In this document: positions 26,495-36,114 of the stretch, one piece after another | Layout: the number at the start of each line of letters is the position of its first letter | How positions within the stretch are numbered: position 1 is the stretch's first letter | NCBI GenBank assembly: GCA_902510055.1 | Contig: CABWZY010000001.1 | Coordinates: 64,212 to 128,211 of the forward strand | Source: an uncultured Candidatus Actinomarina sp. | GTDB lineage: Bacteria > Actinomycetota > Acidimicrobiia > Actinomarinales > Actinomarinaceae | Direction of reading: 5' to 3' | DNA length: 64,000 nt | Notes under the pieces: generated by a model | What the model saw: the letters and a program-made list of their open reading frames with translations, nothing else | Database searches by the model: none | Told to the model about the DNA's origin: nothing | Position numbers and translations under genes: made by a program

Positions 26495-28357
26495 TTGAAA
26501 CCAAATAATTTAAAAGATTACAGAACGCTATCCAGTCTTTCAGCTAATAGTGAAGATCTCATTGTGCAAAGTACAAAAATGGATTTTGAAGAAAATAGTT
26601 ACAACAATGAACTTTGGAAATATTCAAAAAATACATGGAAAAAACTTAAAGGCTCAAAAGGGAAAAATTTTTCTATGCCGCAATATTCTAACAATAGAAA
26701 ATTAACCTCTTATGTTAAATCAGAGAAAAAAGGAAAGAAAGAAGTACTAAATTCTCTTTGTGTTCAGAGTGGAAGTTCAATAAAGGTAGTATTTGAAACA
26801 AAAGATACTATTCAAAGTTATTTCTGGGACTCTAAGGATAAGTTTATTTTTATAACTACTAAAGAGTGGAGCAAATCTTTCAAAAGTATTGAAGATAAAG
26901 AAATGGAGCCTCTTTATCTTGAAAATATTCCTTTCAGGTTTGATACTCGAGGCATTATTTATAACAAAAGAAATCACGTATATAAAGTAAATGTTCTATC
27001 TCAAAAGAATCAAAAAATTATTGATGGAGATAAAGAAAATTTAATATCGATAGGTTCTGTTGTTGAAAGTGGAAATTCAATTTACTTTACTGCGAGTTCT
27101 TACAATGAATCCGGTTCAATGTTAGATGAAAAAATAATAAAAAAGACTGGAAATAATCTTAAAACTATTCACTCAAAAGGAATGTGGGCTAAGTTATTTA
27201 TATTTAAAGACGAACTTTATGGAATCGGTTTAAATAACAGGTTTAACTGGCCGACAAATACCAGTATCCATCAAATAAAAGACACTGGTAAAAGCAAAAT
27301 TCTTTATCCAGATCTTGATAGACCAATAACAAATGTGAAGTGCGTAGATAATTTTATGTATATTTTATATGAAGATTCTGGGAAGCAGCTTCTTTCAAGG
27401 GGTGATGGTGTAGGTTTAGAAAAATTAATTGATGAACAAATAACTATCTCTGATTATGAAATAGAGTCAGGAAAAATCTCGGTAATTGCGAATTCTTTTT
27501 CAAAACAAGATGAAGTATTTGAACTTGAAGATGGAAAATTGAATAAAACCTCTAAAACAAACTCAAGCTTTCATAAAAAGGCTAAATCCTTTAATTGTGT
27601 TTATAAAAGAATAGATACAGGAAAGTCAAAAATTGATACTTGGGGAATTTATGTTGGGAAAGATAAGCCTACATTATTGAATATACATGGGGGACCAGCT
27701 GCTCAATATGGTTTCACATATTTTGATGAATTTCAAACCTATGCAGAAGCTGGGTTCAACGTAATAGCCTGCAACCCAAGAGGCTCTTCAGGAAGAGGTC
27801 ATAAGTTTTTAAGAGATGTTTGTGGAAATAAATGGGGAGTTAATGACACACATGATGTAATTACTGCTTTCAAGCAAATGGTGAAAGAACTAAAAATTGA
27901 TAATAAAAACTATGGAATAATGGGTGGTTCCTATGGAGGCTTCATGACTGGCTGGATAATTAGCCACTATCCAAAAATGTTTAAGTCTTCTGTTGTTGAG
28001 AGAGCTCTTTTAAATTGGGAAACAATGGTCGGTACCTCTGATATTGGGATAAGTTTTCCTGAAATGTATTTACTAGATGAATTTGATAAAAATATAAATC
28101 TATATAGAAAGAAAAGCCCAATTACTTACGCAAATAATATAGTATCTCCAACTTTGATTATTCATTCTGAAAATGATTATCGATGCCCAATTGAGCAAGG
28201 AGAACAATTGTTTTCTAACCTAAAAAGAAGAAATATTAAATCGGCAATGATGAGATTTCCCGCTGAAAGCCACGAGCTCTCAAGGTCAGGGAAGCCTATT
28301 CATAGAAAACAAAGATTTGAAGCAATAATTGATTGGCATAAAAAACACCTCACTTAA
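26495..28357 (+). CDS. S9-family serine peptidase (acylaminoacyl/prolyl oligopeptidase-like)
   Basis: Has an N-terminal beta-propeller-like region and a C-terminal GGSYGG nucleophile, with D and H later in the chain (ENDYRCP, ESHEL). Confidence 0.8.
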   Translation: MKPNNLKDYRTLSSLSANSEDLIVQSTKMDFEENSYNNELWKYSKNTWKKLKGSKGKNFSMPQYSNNRKLTSYVKSEKKGKKEVLNSLCVQSGSSIKVVFETKDTIQSYFWDSKDKFIFITTKEWSKSFKSIEDKEMEPLYLENIPFRFDTRGIIYNKRNHVYKVNVLSQKNQKIIDGDKENLISIGSVVESGNSIYFTASSYNESGSMLDEKIIKKTGNNLKTIHSKGMWAKLFIFKDELYGIGLNNRFNWPTNTSIHQIKDTGKSKILYPDLDRPITNVKCVDNFMYILYEDSGKQLLSRGDGVGLEKLIDEQITISDYEIESGKISVIANSFSKQDEVFELEDGKLNKTSKTNSSFHKKAKSFNCVYKRIDTGKSKIDTWGIYVGKDKPTLLNIHGGPAAQYGFTYFDEFQTYAEAGFNVIACNPRGSSGRGHKFLRDVCGNKWGVNDTHDVITAFKQMVKELKIDNKNYGIMGGSYGGFMTGWIISHYPKMFKSSVVERALLNWETMVGTSDIGISFPEMYLLDEFDKNINLYRKKSPITYANNIVSPTLIIHSENDYRCPIEQGEQLFSNLKRRNIKSAMMRFPAESHELSRSGKPIHRKQRFEAIIDWHKKHLT

Positions 28358-28405
28358 GACCTTTTAACCTGATTCTTTTCTAGCTAAAGTAGTATCGGAG
28401 CACTC

Positions 28406-29776
28406 ATGAATTCAGAGATATTACAACCAACAAATGGTGATGAATTAAGAAAACTTGCACGTAAAAGTCCAGAAGATGCACTTATATTTCTTAATGAAAA
28501 CTTAAGCCTTTGGAATGAAATAGCATTCTTAGATCCGTTCGATTCTGCCGATACATTAGAAGAGTTTGAGCCTAAAGATGCAAGCTACTTAATTGAAGAA
28601 CTACCTATTGATGTTTCAATTAAAATATTTGAATCACTACGTCCAAGAGCAATTATTGAAATTGTAGAAAACCTTCAAGAATTAAGCATTGAAAAGATAT
28701 TTAAAGAAATGGACACAGAAGATGTTGTTGATGTGTTTGAAAGAAGCACCGTTGATGAGGCTGAGGATTTATTAGAAGTATTAGACAAATCAACTAAGTT
28801 AGATATTAATCGTAGATTGGCTTACCCAAAAGATTCAGTTGGCAGACTTATGTCTGAAGAGGTTGGAAAAATCTCTACCGGATTAACAGTAAAAGAAGCT
28901 CTTGTGGAGCTCAAAACACTTCATGAAAATGTTGAAGATTTAATTTATGTTTACTCTGTAGATGCTGAAAATAAATTATCTGGGGTTTTATCTTTTAGAG
29001 AAATAGTTTTTGCAGATGAAAATGAACTAATTGATAATATTATGATTCAAAACCCAACGTTTATAAACCCTTCTTTAGATCAGGAAGAAGCAGCAAGACT
29101 TATTAGACAATATGAACTTCTAGCTCTGCCTGTTGTTGACAAAAATAACAAATTAATTGGACAGGCAACAGTAAGTACTGCTTTGGATGTTATTCAAACA
29201 GAGCTTGCTGAAGACTTTTCTCAATCATTTGGAGCGGGTGCTGAAGAAACTATATTTACACCTTTAAAACGCTCTGTAAGAATGAGGCTTCCGTGGATTG
29301 CCGTAAATTTGGCCCTTGCTTTTATAGTCTCAATATTGATTTCTCAATTTGAAGAAACTATTGCTAGAGATGCTTTACTAGCAGCATTAATGCCTGTCGT
29401 TGCTTTGGTAGGGGGTAACTCTGGTGCACAATCTTTGGCTATAGTAATTAGAGCTTTGGCAAGAAATGATGTTTCAGATGCTAGAACTTTTGAAGTTATA
29501 GGTAAACAATCTTTAATTGGGCTTGTAAATGGTCTACTTATCGGAACGATGTCCTTTTTATTATTAAGCATTACGGGACTTTCTACTTATGCTCTTGCTC
29601 TTAGTATTGCGGTTTTTGGAAATATATTGATTGGCAATCTTTTTGGCGCTTCTATTCCATTAATACTTAAAAAACTAAAATTTGATCCTGCTTTAGCTTC
29701 AAATATATTCTTAACTTTAATTACTGATATTGTTGGTTTTGCAGGGTTCTTAGGTATTGCTCTTATATTGATTTAA
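28406..29776 (+). CDS. mgtE: Magnesium transporter MgtE
   Basis: Has the N-domain, tandem CBS domains, and a C-terminal TM domain with a GNSGAQS motif. Confidence 0.9.
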   Translation: MNSEILQPTNGDELRKLARKSPEDALIFLNENLSLWNEIAFLDPFDSADTLEEFEPKDASYLIEELPIDVSIKIFESLRPRAIIEIVENLQELSIEKIFKEMDTEDVVDVFERSTVDEAEDLLEVLDKSTKLDINRRLAYPKDSVGRLMSEEVGKISTGLTVKEALVELKTLHENVEDLIYVYSVDAENKLSGVLSFREIVFADENELIDNIMIQNPTFINPSLDQEEAARLIRQYELLALPVVDKNNKLIGQATVSTALDVIQTELAEDFSQSFGAGAEETIFTPLKRSVRMRLPWIAVNLALAFIVSILISQFEETIARDALLAALMPVVALVGGNSGAQSLAIVIRALARNDVSDARTFEVIGKQSLIGLVNGLLIGTMSFLLLSITGLSTYALALSIAVFGNILIGNLFGASIPLILKKLKFDPALASNIFLTLITDIVGFAGFLGIALILI

Positions 29777-31014
29777 TCAACATCTCTATAAATAAGCCTT
29801 GTTCCTCTTTTGTTCAAAAAGTATGCAAAAATCCATTCAATCGCTACGAGTATTTTTGACCTATATCCAATCAAATAAATTAAATGAATTAAGCTCCAAA
29901 ACATCCATGCTACAAAGCCTGCCATCTCAAATTTTCCAACAACTCCTACTGCTTTAAATCTCCCAATTGTTGCCATCATGCCTTTATCTGAATATTTAAA
30001 TGGTTTCCTATTTGATGGGTTTATATTGTTTTTTATATTATTTGCAACATATCTTCCTTGTTGAATAGCAACAGGAGCTATTCCTGGTAGAGACTCTCCT
30101 CTTTCAGATCTAAAATTAGCTGCATCTCCAATAACATAAACATCTTCATCTTCTTTTATTGAACAATCTATATTTACTAGTGCTCTTCCTTCTGAGTCTA
30201 TTTCTGTTTCTAATTCTTTTATTAAGGGGCTTGCTTCATTCCCTGCTGCCCAAATAATATTATCTGCCTCTATTGTGTCTTTGTCTGTAGTTACACACAT
30301 TTCTTCTATATTTACAACTCTCTCTTTTATTCTTATTTTGACTCCAAAATCTGTTAAATATTTATAAGATTTCTGAGAAAGGCTTTCACTATATGTTGGG
30401 AGTATTCTCTCACCAGCTTCAAGCAGATATATATTTGCATCTGAACTATTAAAATTTCTAAATTCTTTGGTCATGTTTTTATATGCAATCTCTGAAATTG
30501 AGCCCGCTAACTCTACCCCTGTTGGGCCCCCTCCTATAATTACAAAATTAAGATACTTCTTTCTAGTATTTTCATCTTTTTCATTTTCCGCTTTTTCAAA
30601 TGCTTTTAATATTTTCTCTCGTATATCAAGAGCATCATTTATTACTTTTAACCCTTTAGAAAATTTTGCCCATTCGTTATTACCAAAATATGAATAACTA
30701 GATCCGGAACTAATAATTAACTTATCATAACTAACAACCTCTTTACTATCTAAAATAATTTCTTTATTCTCTCTGTTTATTCCTATTACCTCTGCAAGAA
30801 TTGTTTTTACATTTTTATCATTTTTAAATAAATTTCTTAGTGGAACCGTTATGTCTGCGGGAGAAAGTACTGCAGTTGCTACTTGGTATAAAAGGGGTTG
30901 GAACAGGTGATGGTTTGTTCTATCAATTAATATAAATTCATTTTTACTTTTACGAGCCTTTTGAAGAAAGCTTAAGCCTCCAAAACCACCTCCTATAATT
31001 ACAATTTTTGCCAT
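29773..31014 (-). CDS. ndh: Type II NADH dehydrogenase (NDH-2)
   Basis: Has two dinucleotide-binding motifs (IVIIGGGFGG and IIGGGPTGVE) and a C-terminal membrane-anchoring helix. Confidence 0.85.
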   Translation of the reverse strand: MAKIVIIGGGFGGLSFLQKARKSKNEFILIDRTNHHLFQPLLYQVATAVLSPADITVPLRNLFKNDKNVKTILAEVIGINRENKEIILDSKEVVSYDKLIISSGSSYSYFGNNEWAKFSKGLKVINDALDIREKILKAFEKAENEKDENTRKKYLNFVIIGGGPTGVELAGSISEIAYKNMTKEFRNFNSSDANIYLLEAGERILPTYSESLSQKSYKYLTDFGVKIRIKERVVNIEEMCVTTDKDTIEADNIIWAAGNEASPLIKELETEIDSEGRALVNIDCSIKEDEDVYVIGDAANFRSERGESLPGIAPVAIQQGRYVANNIKNNINPSNRKPFKYSDKGMMATIGRFKAVGVVGKFEMAGFVAWMFWSLIHLIYLIGYRSKILVAIEWIFAYFLNKRGTRLIYRDVD

Positions 31015-31046
31015 TTAATTAAATTATAATCTTGAAAAAAGATTGT

Positions 31047-31547
31047 TTAATGATCTCTAGATCTTGATGATTTGGTCATTGTTTTTTCTAATTTTCCATT
31101 CTTAAAGGTAAATGACTCAATACCGTCTACTAAATGTTTTCCTTGCTGGGATTTCTGTGAAATAACCTGTAAAATCATTCCTTCAAATGGTGAGATTAAT
31201 GTTATTGAGTGTTGTTTAAAATGCTTGGATGATTGATCTCTCCTAATAACATCACTAATCATGTGTTGAGATTCCCATGACCAGTCATCATCGGCAACTA
31301 CAAATTTGCATATATGTTTGGTTTGAGATTTATCTATCCTTGCTCCCGGGCAAACTATCAAAGACCCCTCTACCCATGGATTTAACCCTACTCCATCCAT
31401 TTTTGGGAAACCAACATTAAAAGCAGAGTCAATAATTTCATCAGTATCCCCTTTTTCTAGGTTCCTTTGTTTTATTACTTCTGATATAGAATTCTGTAAT
31501 TCAAACAATTCTTGATCTTTTAAGCTTTCGAGTTCTGTTTTATCCAT
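31047..31547 (-). CDS. Hypothetical protein (166 aa); last gene of the ABC/lipoprotein operon
   Basis: No signal peptide and no motif I recognise. It lies 39 nt downstream of the lipoprotein gene on the same strand. Confidence 0.4.
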   Translation of the reverse strand: MDKTELESLKDQELFELQNSISEVIKQRNLEKGDTDEIIDSAFNVGFPKMDGVGLNPWVEGSLIVCPGARIDKSQTKHICKFVVADDDWSWESQHMISDVIRRDQSSKHFKQHSITLISPFEGMILQVISQKSQQGKHLVDGIESFTFKNGKLEKTMTKSSRSRDH

Positions 31548-31586
31548 ACTTTAAATTAAAACAGGTAACTAAGACATTTTCTCACT

Positions 31587-32087
31587 TTAATCATCTAAGT
31601 TTTCAAGAGGATTTTCTGGTTGGCATACCTCAAATGCCTCCTGAACCTGGTCTGACGACCAATCAACATCCGCATCTCTAAATGCAAAGAAGCCAAATTC
31701 ACCTGGTGTTGGATCTGGAAAATCTATTCCCTGCTCTCTCATACATTGAGAAAATTCAAGAGAAGCATCTATTAAGGCTGCTTCTACTTCTGGATCTAAA
31801 TCAAACTGTTCGGGGAGTGCTTTTCTTAAAATGTCTTCACAGTTAGTAAAGGCCTCCTCGAAAGCTTCTTCGTTCTCGATATTAAGTTCATTAAATTCAG
31901 GATTACCATCAATATCAAATGTAGGGTCTGGAAAATCAACTCCCTCTTCTCTCATACACTGAGCAAATTCGAGTACTCCTTCTTCAAAAGTTATTTCTTC
32001 TTCTACTACTGTTGTTTCCGTTGTTGCTTCAATCGTTGCTACTCCTTTAGTTTCTTCACCACCTATTGTGCAAAAACTAATAAACAA
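31587..32087 (-). CDS. Acidic protein with two QCMRExG-x-DFPDP modules (paralog C); the N-terminus is probably longer
   Basis: Contains EFAQCMREEGVDFPDPT...C and EFSQCMREQGIDFPDPT...C. The only canonical start (TTG) leaves just 5 residues before the lipobox-like Cys. Confidence 0.6.
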   Translation of the reverse strand: MFISFCTIGGEETKGVATIEATTETTVVEEEITFEEGVLEFAQCMREEGVDFPDPTFDIDGNPEFNELNIENEEAFEEAFTNCEDILRKALPEQFDLDPEVEAALIDASLEFSQCMREQGIDFPDPTPGEFGFFAFRDADVDWSSDQVQEAFEVCQPENPLENLDD

Positions 32088-32104
32088 TAAAAATATAAGT
32101 CTTT

Positions 32105-33286
32105 TTATTTCCTCACCGCCTCTGCTGGTTGTATTTTTGATGCCTTTATAGCAGGGTAAACTCCTGATAAAGCCCCAATTAATAACGCCAATAAAATTGC
32201 TCCCAGAACTTGAAGTAGTGGTATTGAAAATACAATATTTGTGTACTTAGTGTAACCAAGAGTAATACCAGCACCCAATAATACCCCGACCAATCCTCCA
32301 ACTCCTGAGAGTAAGATACTTTCAAGTAAAAATTGATATCTTATTTCTTTTCTAGTTGCACCAATAGATCTTCTTACTCCAATTTCCATTCTTCTTTCAA
32401 GCACAGACATAATCATAACATTAGCAATTGCCACACCTCCGACCAGTAGAGCAACAGACCCGAGGCCTAGTAATAGATTTGTAAAAGCTACCTCTGCTGC
32501 TTCTTGTGCCTCAAGTGCGTCAGATGGTCTAGAGACACTAACTTGATCAGGGTTTTCTGGGTTCATTGAGGGTGCTAGAACTTCAACAACATCTTCTATA
32601 TACGTTGGGTTGGATCGTACATAAATTGTTGTAGGTTCCTCATCAATATTAAATAAGGTTTTGGCAACACCGTACCCAATAAATACTGACCGATCCAAAT
32701 CAGGATGTATCTTTAATTCATCTAGTATCCCAATAACACCGAACCATTCATTTTCAATTAAAATCCTTGTTGGCTGCGCAAGACTTGTTATACCAAGCCT
32801 AGATGCTGTAACGCTCCCCAGTACAGTTACTGGAATGTCCCCAAGTCCACTCTTTATAAAACGCCCTTCAGAAAGGTTACCTCCTACAACATCTAGCAAT
32901 TCTGGACTTGTAACAACAGTAGAAATACCTCCTCCTTCAAATTCAGATATAAAATCTGTTCTTCTGACTAATAAATCTGTTTGTGTTGTTGATGTAACTT
33001 CTTGAACTGGTCCTATTCTTTCGACCATTCCAAGAACCCCGTCAGGCAGTTTTTCTTGTGTGCCAAAAAAGCCAGCTTGAGGTGAGGCTTTGATCAAATT
33101 TGTTCCTAAAGATTCTAAAGTTGCTAATAAGTCAGCTCTTCCGGATGCAGAAATTCCTGTAACAGCAACTATGGCTGCTATTCCAATACCAATACCTATA
33201 GATGTTAGAGTAGCCCTTCCTCTTCTTGCTTTAACTCCATAAAGCGCAACCATGAACAAATCTACAATTTTAAGTTTTTGCTTCAT
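32105..33286 (-). CDS. MacB/FtsX-type ABC transporter permease
   Basis: 393 aa with TM1, a large extracytoplasmic domain and three C-terminal TM segments (FtsX-like). It is adjacent to the ATPase. Confidence 0.85.
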   Translation of the reverse strand: MKQKLKIVDLFMVALYGVKARRGRATLTSIGIGIGIAAIVAVTGISASGRADLLATLESLGTNLIKASPQAGFFGTQEKLPDGVLGMVERIGPVQEVTSTTQTDLLVRRTDFISEFEGGGISTVVTSPELLDVVGGNLSEGRFIKSGLGDIPVTVLGSVTASRLGITSLAQPTRILIENEWFGVIGILDELKIHPDLDRSVFIGYGVAKTLFNIDEEPTTIYVRSNPTYIEDVVEVLAPSMNPENPDQVSVSRPSDALEAQEAAEVAFTNLLLGLGSVALLVGGVAIANVMIMSVLERRMEIGVRRSIGATRKEIRYQFLLESILLSGVGGLVGVLLGAGITLGYTKYTNIVFSIPLLQVLGAILLALLIGALSGVYPAIKASKIQPAEAVRK

Positions 33287-33967
33287 TTATGCGACTATCT
33301 TTCCATCTACTAATTTCACAACTTTCTTAAACTTTTTAGCGTGATCTAGATTATGGGTAATCATAATTACTGTTTTTCCTTGTTTGTTCAGATCTTTAAG
33401 GATCTTTAATATGTTGTCTCCTGATTTCTTATCAAGATTTCCTGTTGGTTCGTCTGCAAGCACAAAAGCGGGGTTCTGTACCAAAGCTCTTGCTATAGCT
33501 ACTCTTTGTTGTTCTCCTCCGGATAATTCTTTTGGTAGGTGTCCTAACCTTTCTACCAATCCAACCTCTTCTAAAACTTTTGCTGCTCTTTTTAATCTTT
33601 CTTCTCTCTTGATCCCTTGATAAAGTAATCCCTCTGCAACATTCTCCTGTGCTGTTAACCCAGGCAAGAGAAAAAAACTTTGAAAGATAAATCCTATTTT
33701 CTCTCCTCTAAACTTTGATAACTCATCATCTGATAAAGTTGAAATATCTTGACCTTCTATCTCTATGTCTCCTTCGGTTGTAGAATCTAGCAAGCCGATC
33801 ATATTTAATAAAGTTGATTTTCCACTACCTGATTGCCCTACTATGGAAACCAAATCTCCTTCTTTAATATCAAGGGAAATCTTGTCTACTGCCTTTACTG
33901 GCGGAGGTCCTTTGTAAACTTTTGAAATGTTATTTAACGATATTACTGTTTTCGTTTTTGATTTCAT
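33287..33967 (-). CDS. ABC transporter ATP-binding protein (MacB/LolD-type)
   Basis: Has Walker A GQSGSGKST, the signature LSGGEQQRVAIARAL and Walker B VLADEPTGNLD. Confidence 0.9.
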   Translation of the reverse strand: MKSKTKTVISLNNISKVYKGPPPVKAVDKISLDIKEGDLVSIVGQSGSGKSTLLNMIGLLDSTTEGDIEIEGQDISTLSDDELSKFRGEKIGFIFQSFFLLPGLTAQENVAEGLLYQGIKREERLKRAAKVLEEVGLVERLGHLPKELSGGEQQRVAIARALVQNPAFVLADEPTGNLDKKSGDNILKILKDLNKQGKTVIMITHNLDHAKKFKKVVKLVDGKIVA

Positions 33968-35535
33968 CTTGGTACGATTACTAGTTGTCCTTCACTAATG
34001 TTTCCAATTATCTCAACATAGCCATCTGTAAATACTCCTATTTCTACTCCCACATATGTTGTGTCTACTCCAGGTTCTCCACTAAATACTTCGCTTTCTG
34101 GTTCTCCATTGTAAATTTCAACAGCATAACCTCCTTCAGCAAGAGCAATTAACGCATTGACTGGAACGTAAAGAACACCTTGTGATACTTCTGTTGTTAT
34201 AAATACTTTTACCGGTGCTTGGTCATATACATCTATTTCTTCAGGCTTTAGAACATCTAACTTAACTTGAATAAAATTTCCTGCTTGTGTTTCTGTTACT
34301 ACTTGATCTATAAATTTAATACTTGTGTCTGTTCTTTCATCTGTTGGGAGCTCTATTTCAACACTTTCACCTAATGTAACAGTATCCTGATCTGCAGCTG
34401 GAAGCCAAAATAAAACCTCTATTCCGACAGAAGAAGAATTATAAATCTGTCCATTAATTGTAACTGCACCGCCAACTTTGTTTATATAGGAACCAACAAT
34501 TAAAGGTGTCGTTGAGGCATAGGCATTTGTTGGACTAAATGTTTCAGATTTTGCTGTTAGTTCTAAGTCTTCAAGTTCTTCTTTTGCCTTAGCAAGTTCT
34601 GCTCCCTGGTCAACTCCCTCGTTGTAAGCTTCTAAAGCGTCATCATAAGCTTTTTGAGCTGTTTCTATTGCTAATGCCTCTGATGCATCAATTCCAGACT
34701 CTTTACCTTCTTCCATGTCTCTGATTCTTTTTTGCTCTTCTATTAAATCCTCATAATTTTTTATCTCATCATTTCTAGTATCTTCAGATTTTGCACTAGT
34801 TTTTGGATTTGTTAAATCTTTTAGTAGAGTGATCTGTTTCTCATATTCTTTTACTAAGTTATCTGATGTTTTCCATGCTGTGCTTTCTTCAGTTGCGTTT
34901 TCATTAGCATCATCTAATTTTTTCTTTTTATCATTTACTTGGGCAAGCGTTGTTCCTCCTGATGAAATAGTGTCTTCAATTGCCTCTATTGCGTTTTTTT
35001 TGGCATTAATTGCTACCTGCTCAGAAGGGGTTATCGCAGATTTAGTTTCAATTTTATAATCTATATAAAGCTTATTTAGCATGGATGAAGTAACTTCATC
35101 AAATTTTTCATCGGCTACAAAGTCTTCTTCTGCATACCCCAGTGAAATTAGGCCTTCTTCAACCTGTTTAATATCTGGTCCATCATCTGAGGTCAAATCA
35201 AGAGTTCTATAAAAAGGAGTGGAACCTTCTAGAAGGATGACTGGTTTATTATCTACAGCATAAAGCACTTGGCCATAATTAATAACTGTTCCTTCTTCTG
35301 GTAGGTAGGTTATAACTCCAGTAATTGAAGAATTCAATACTGCCTTGTCAACCTGACTTAGGGTACCGTTATATTCTTCTTTTTTTGCCAAATCTCCTTT
35401 AGAGATTTTAACAGTAGTTAACTCAAGAGTTTTCTCAGTAGACAAGGAGGATGTATTTTGAGAACCAAAATAAAATGAAGCCGCAGCTACGGTAATAATG
35501 ACTAACCATATAGTTATGTTTTTTCTTGAAATCAT
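33964..35535 (-). CDS. Membrane-fusion/periplasmic-adaptor-like protein with a peptidoglycan-binding-like insert and a long coiled coil
   Basis: Has an N-terminal TM segment, a barrel-sandwich-like segment, a PG_binding_1-like stretch (IKQVEEGLISLGY), a long acidic coiled coil and a beta-rich C-terminus. It overlaps the ATPase gene by 4 nt. Confidence 0.7.
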   Translation of the reverse strand: MISRKNITIWLVIITVAAASFYFGSQNTSSLSTEKTLELTTVKISKGDLAKKEEYNGTLSQVDKAVLNSSITGVITYLPEEGTVINYGQVLYAVDNKPVILLEGSTPFYRTLDLTSDDGPDIKQVEEGLISLGYAEEDFVADEKFDEVTSSMLNKLYIDYKIETKSAITPSEQVAINAKKNAIEAIEDTISSGGTTLAQVNDKKKKLDDANENATEESTAWKTSDNLVKEYEKQITLLKDLTNPKTSAKSEDTRNDEIKNYEDLIEEQKRIRDMEEGKESGIDASEALAIETAQKAYDDALEAYNEGVDQGAELAKAKEELEDLELTAKSETFSPTNAYASTTPLIVGSYINKVGGAVTINGQIYNSSSVGIEVLFWLPAADQDTVTLGESVEIELPTDERTDTSIKFIDQVVTETQAGNFIQVKLDVLKPEEIDVYDQAPVKVFITTEVSQGVLYVPVNALIALAEGGYAVEIYNGEPESEVFSGEPGVDTTYVGVEIGVFTDGYVEIIGNISEGQLVIVPR

Positions 35536-35568
35536 ATTTACTAATTTTACCCTTACTAGTAGATTACC

Positions 35569-36102
35569 TTATTTGTCTATTCTTGAGGCTGTTCTTTCTG
35601 GACTACACTCTTCTAGATACTCTTTAATTGTTTCTCTGTTTTCCCCTGCTTCACTTAAGTTAAGCTTTGGATTGTCTTGTGTGGGGTCTGATACGTCCAA
35701 ACCTTTGTCTCTTAAGCATTGGGCTAGTTCTAAACTTTCATCAAATTTTCTTGCTTGTTCTTCTGGGTTGACAGACTCTCTATCTGGCCATAATTCATTT
35801 TCTTGTATACAGTTCTCTACGTCCTCCATTATTTCCTTTGCTTCTTCTCTCCCTTTTTCTTTCCCTTCTTCACTTCTATTCATTTGTTGTAACATAGATT
35901 TTAAATCTTCAATATCAAAAGGTGTCTGGAGGTCGTATCCTTTAGTTTTTAAACATTCAGTAAGAACTAGTGGATAATCTTCCTCCGTAATAACTTCTGT
36001 TTCTTGAGCCTCAGTGTTTAGATCGCTTAAAGTCGCTACACCTTGGTCTTTATTGGCTGAACATGCAACAAGAAATACTAAAAGAAATAATATTTTTCTC
36101 AT
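35569..36102 (-). CDS. Acidic lipoprotein with two C-x(n)-C modules (paralog B)
   Basis: Has the lipobox LVAC, then LTECLKTKGYDL...C and LAQCLRDKGLDVSDPT...C. Confidence 0.65.
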   Translation of the reverse strand: MRKILFLLVFLVACSANKDQGVATLSDLNTEAQETEVITEEDYPLVLTECLKTKGYDLQTPFDIEDLKSMLQQMNRSEEGKEKGREEAKEIMEDVENCIQENELWPDRESVNPEEQARKFDESLELAQCLRDKGLDVSDPTQDNPKLNLSEAGENRETIKEYLEECSPERTASRIDK

Positions 36103-36114
36103 ATAGCGAATACT

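Noticed and set aside
28358-28405. A possible M-box (Mg) riboswitch before mgtE.
   Set aside because: The spacer is only 48 nt, far too short for an M-box, and none of its conserved elements are visible.
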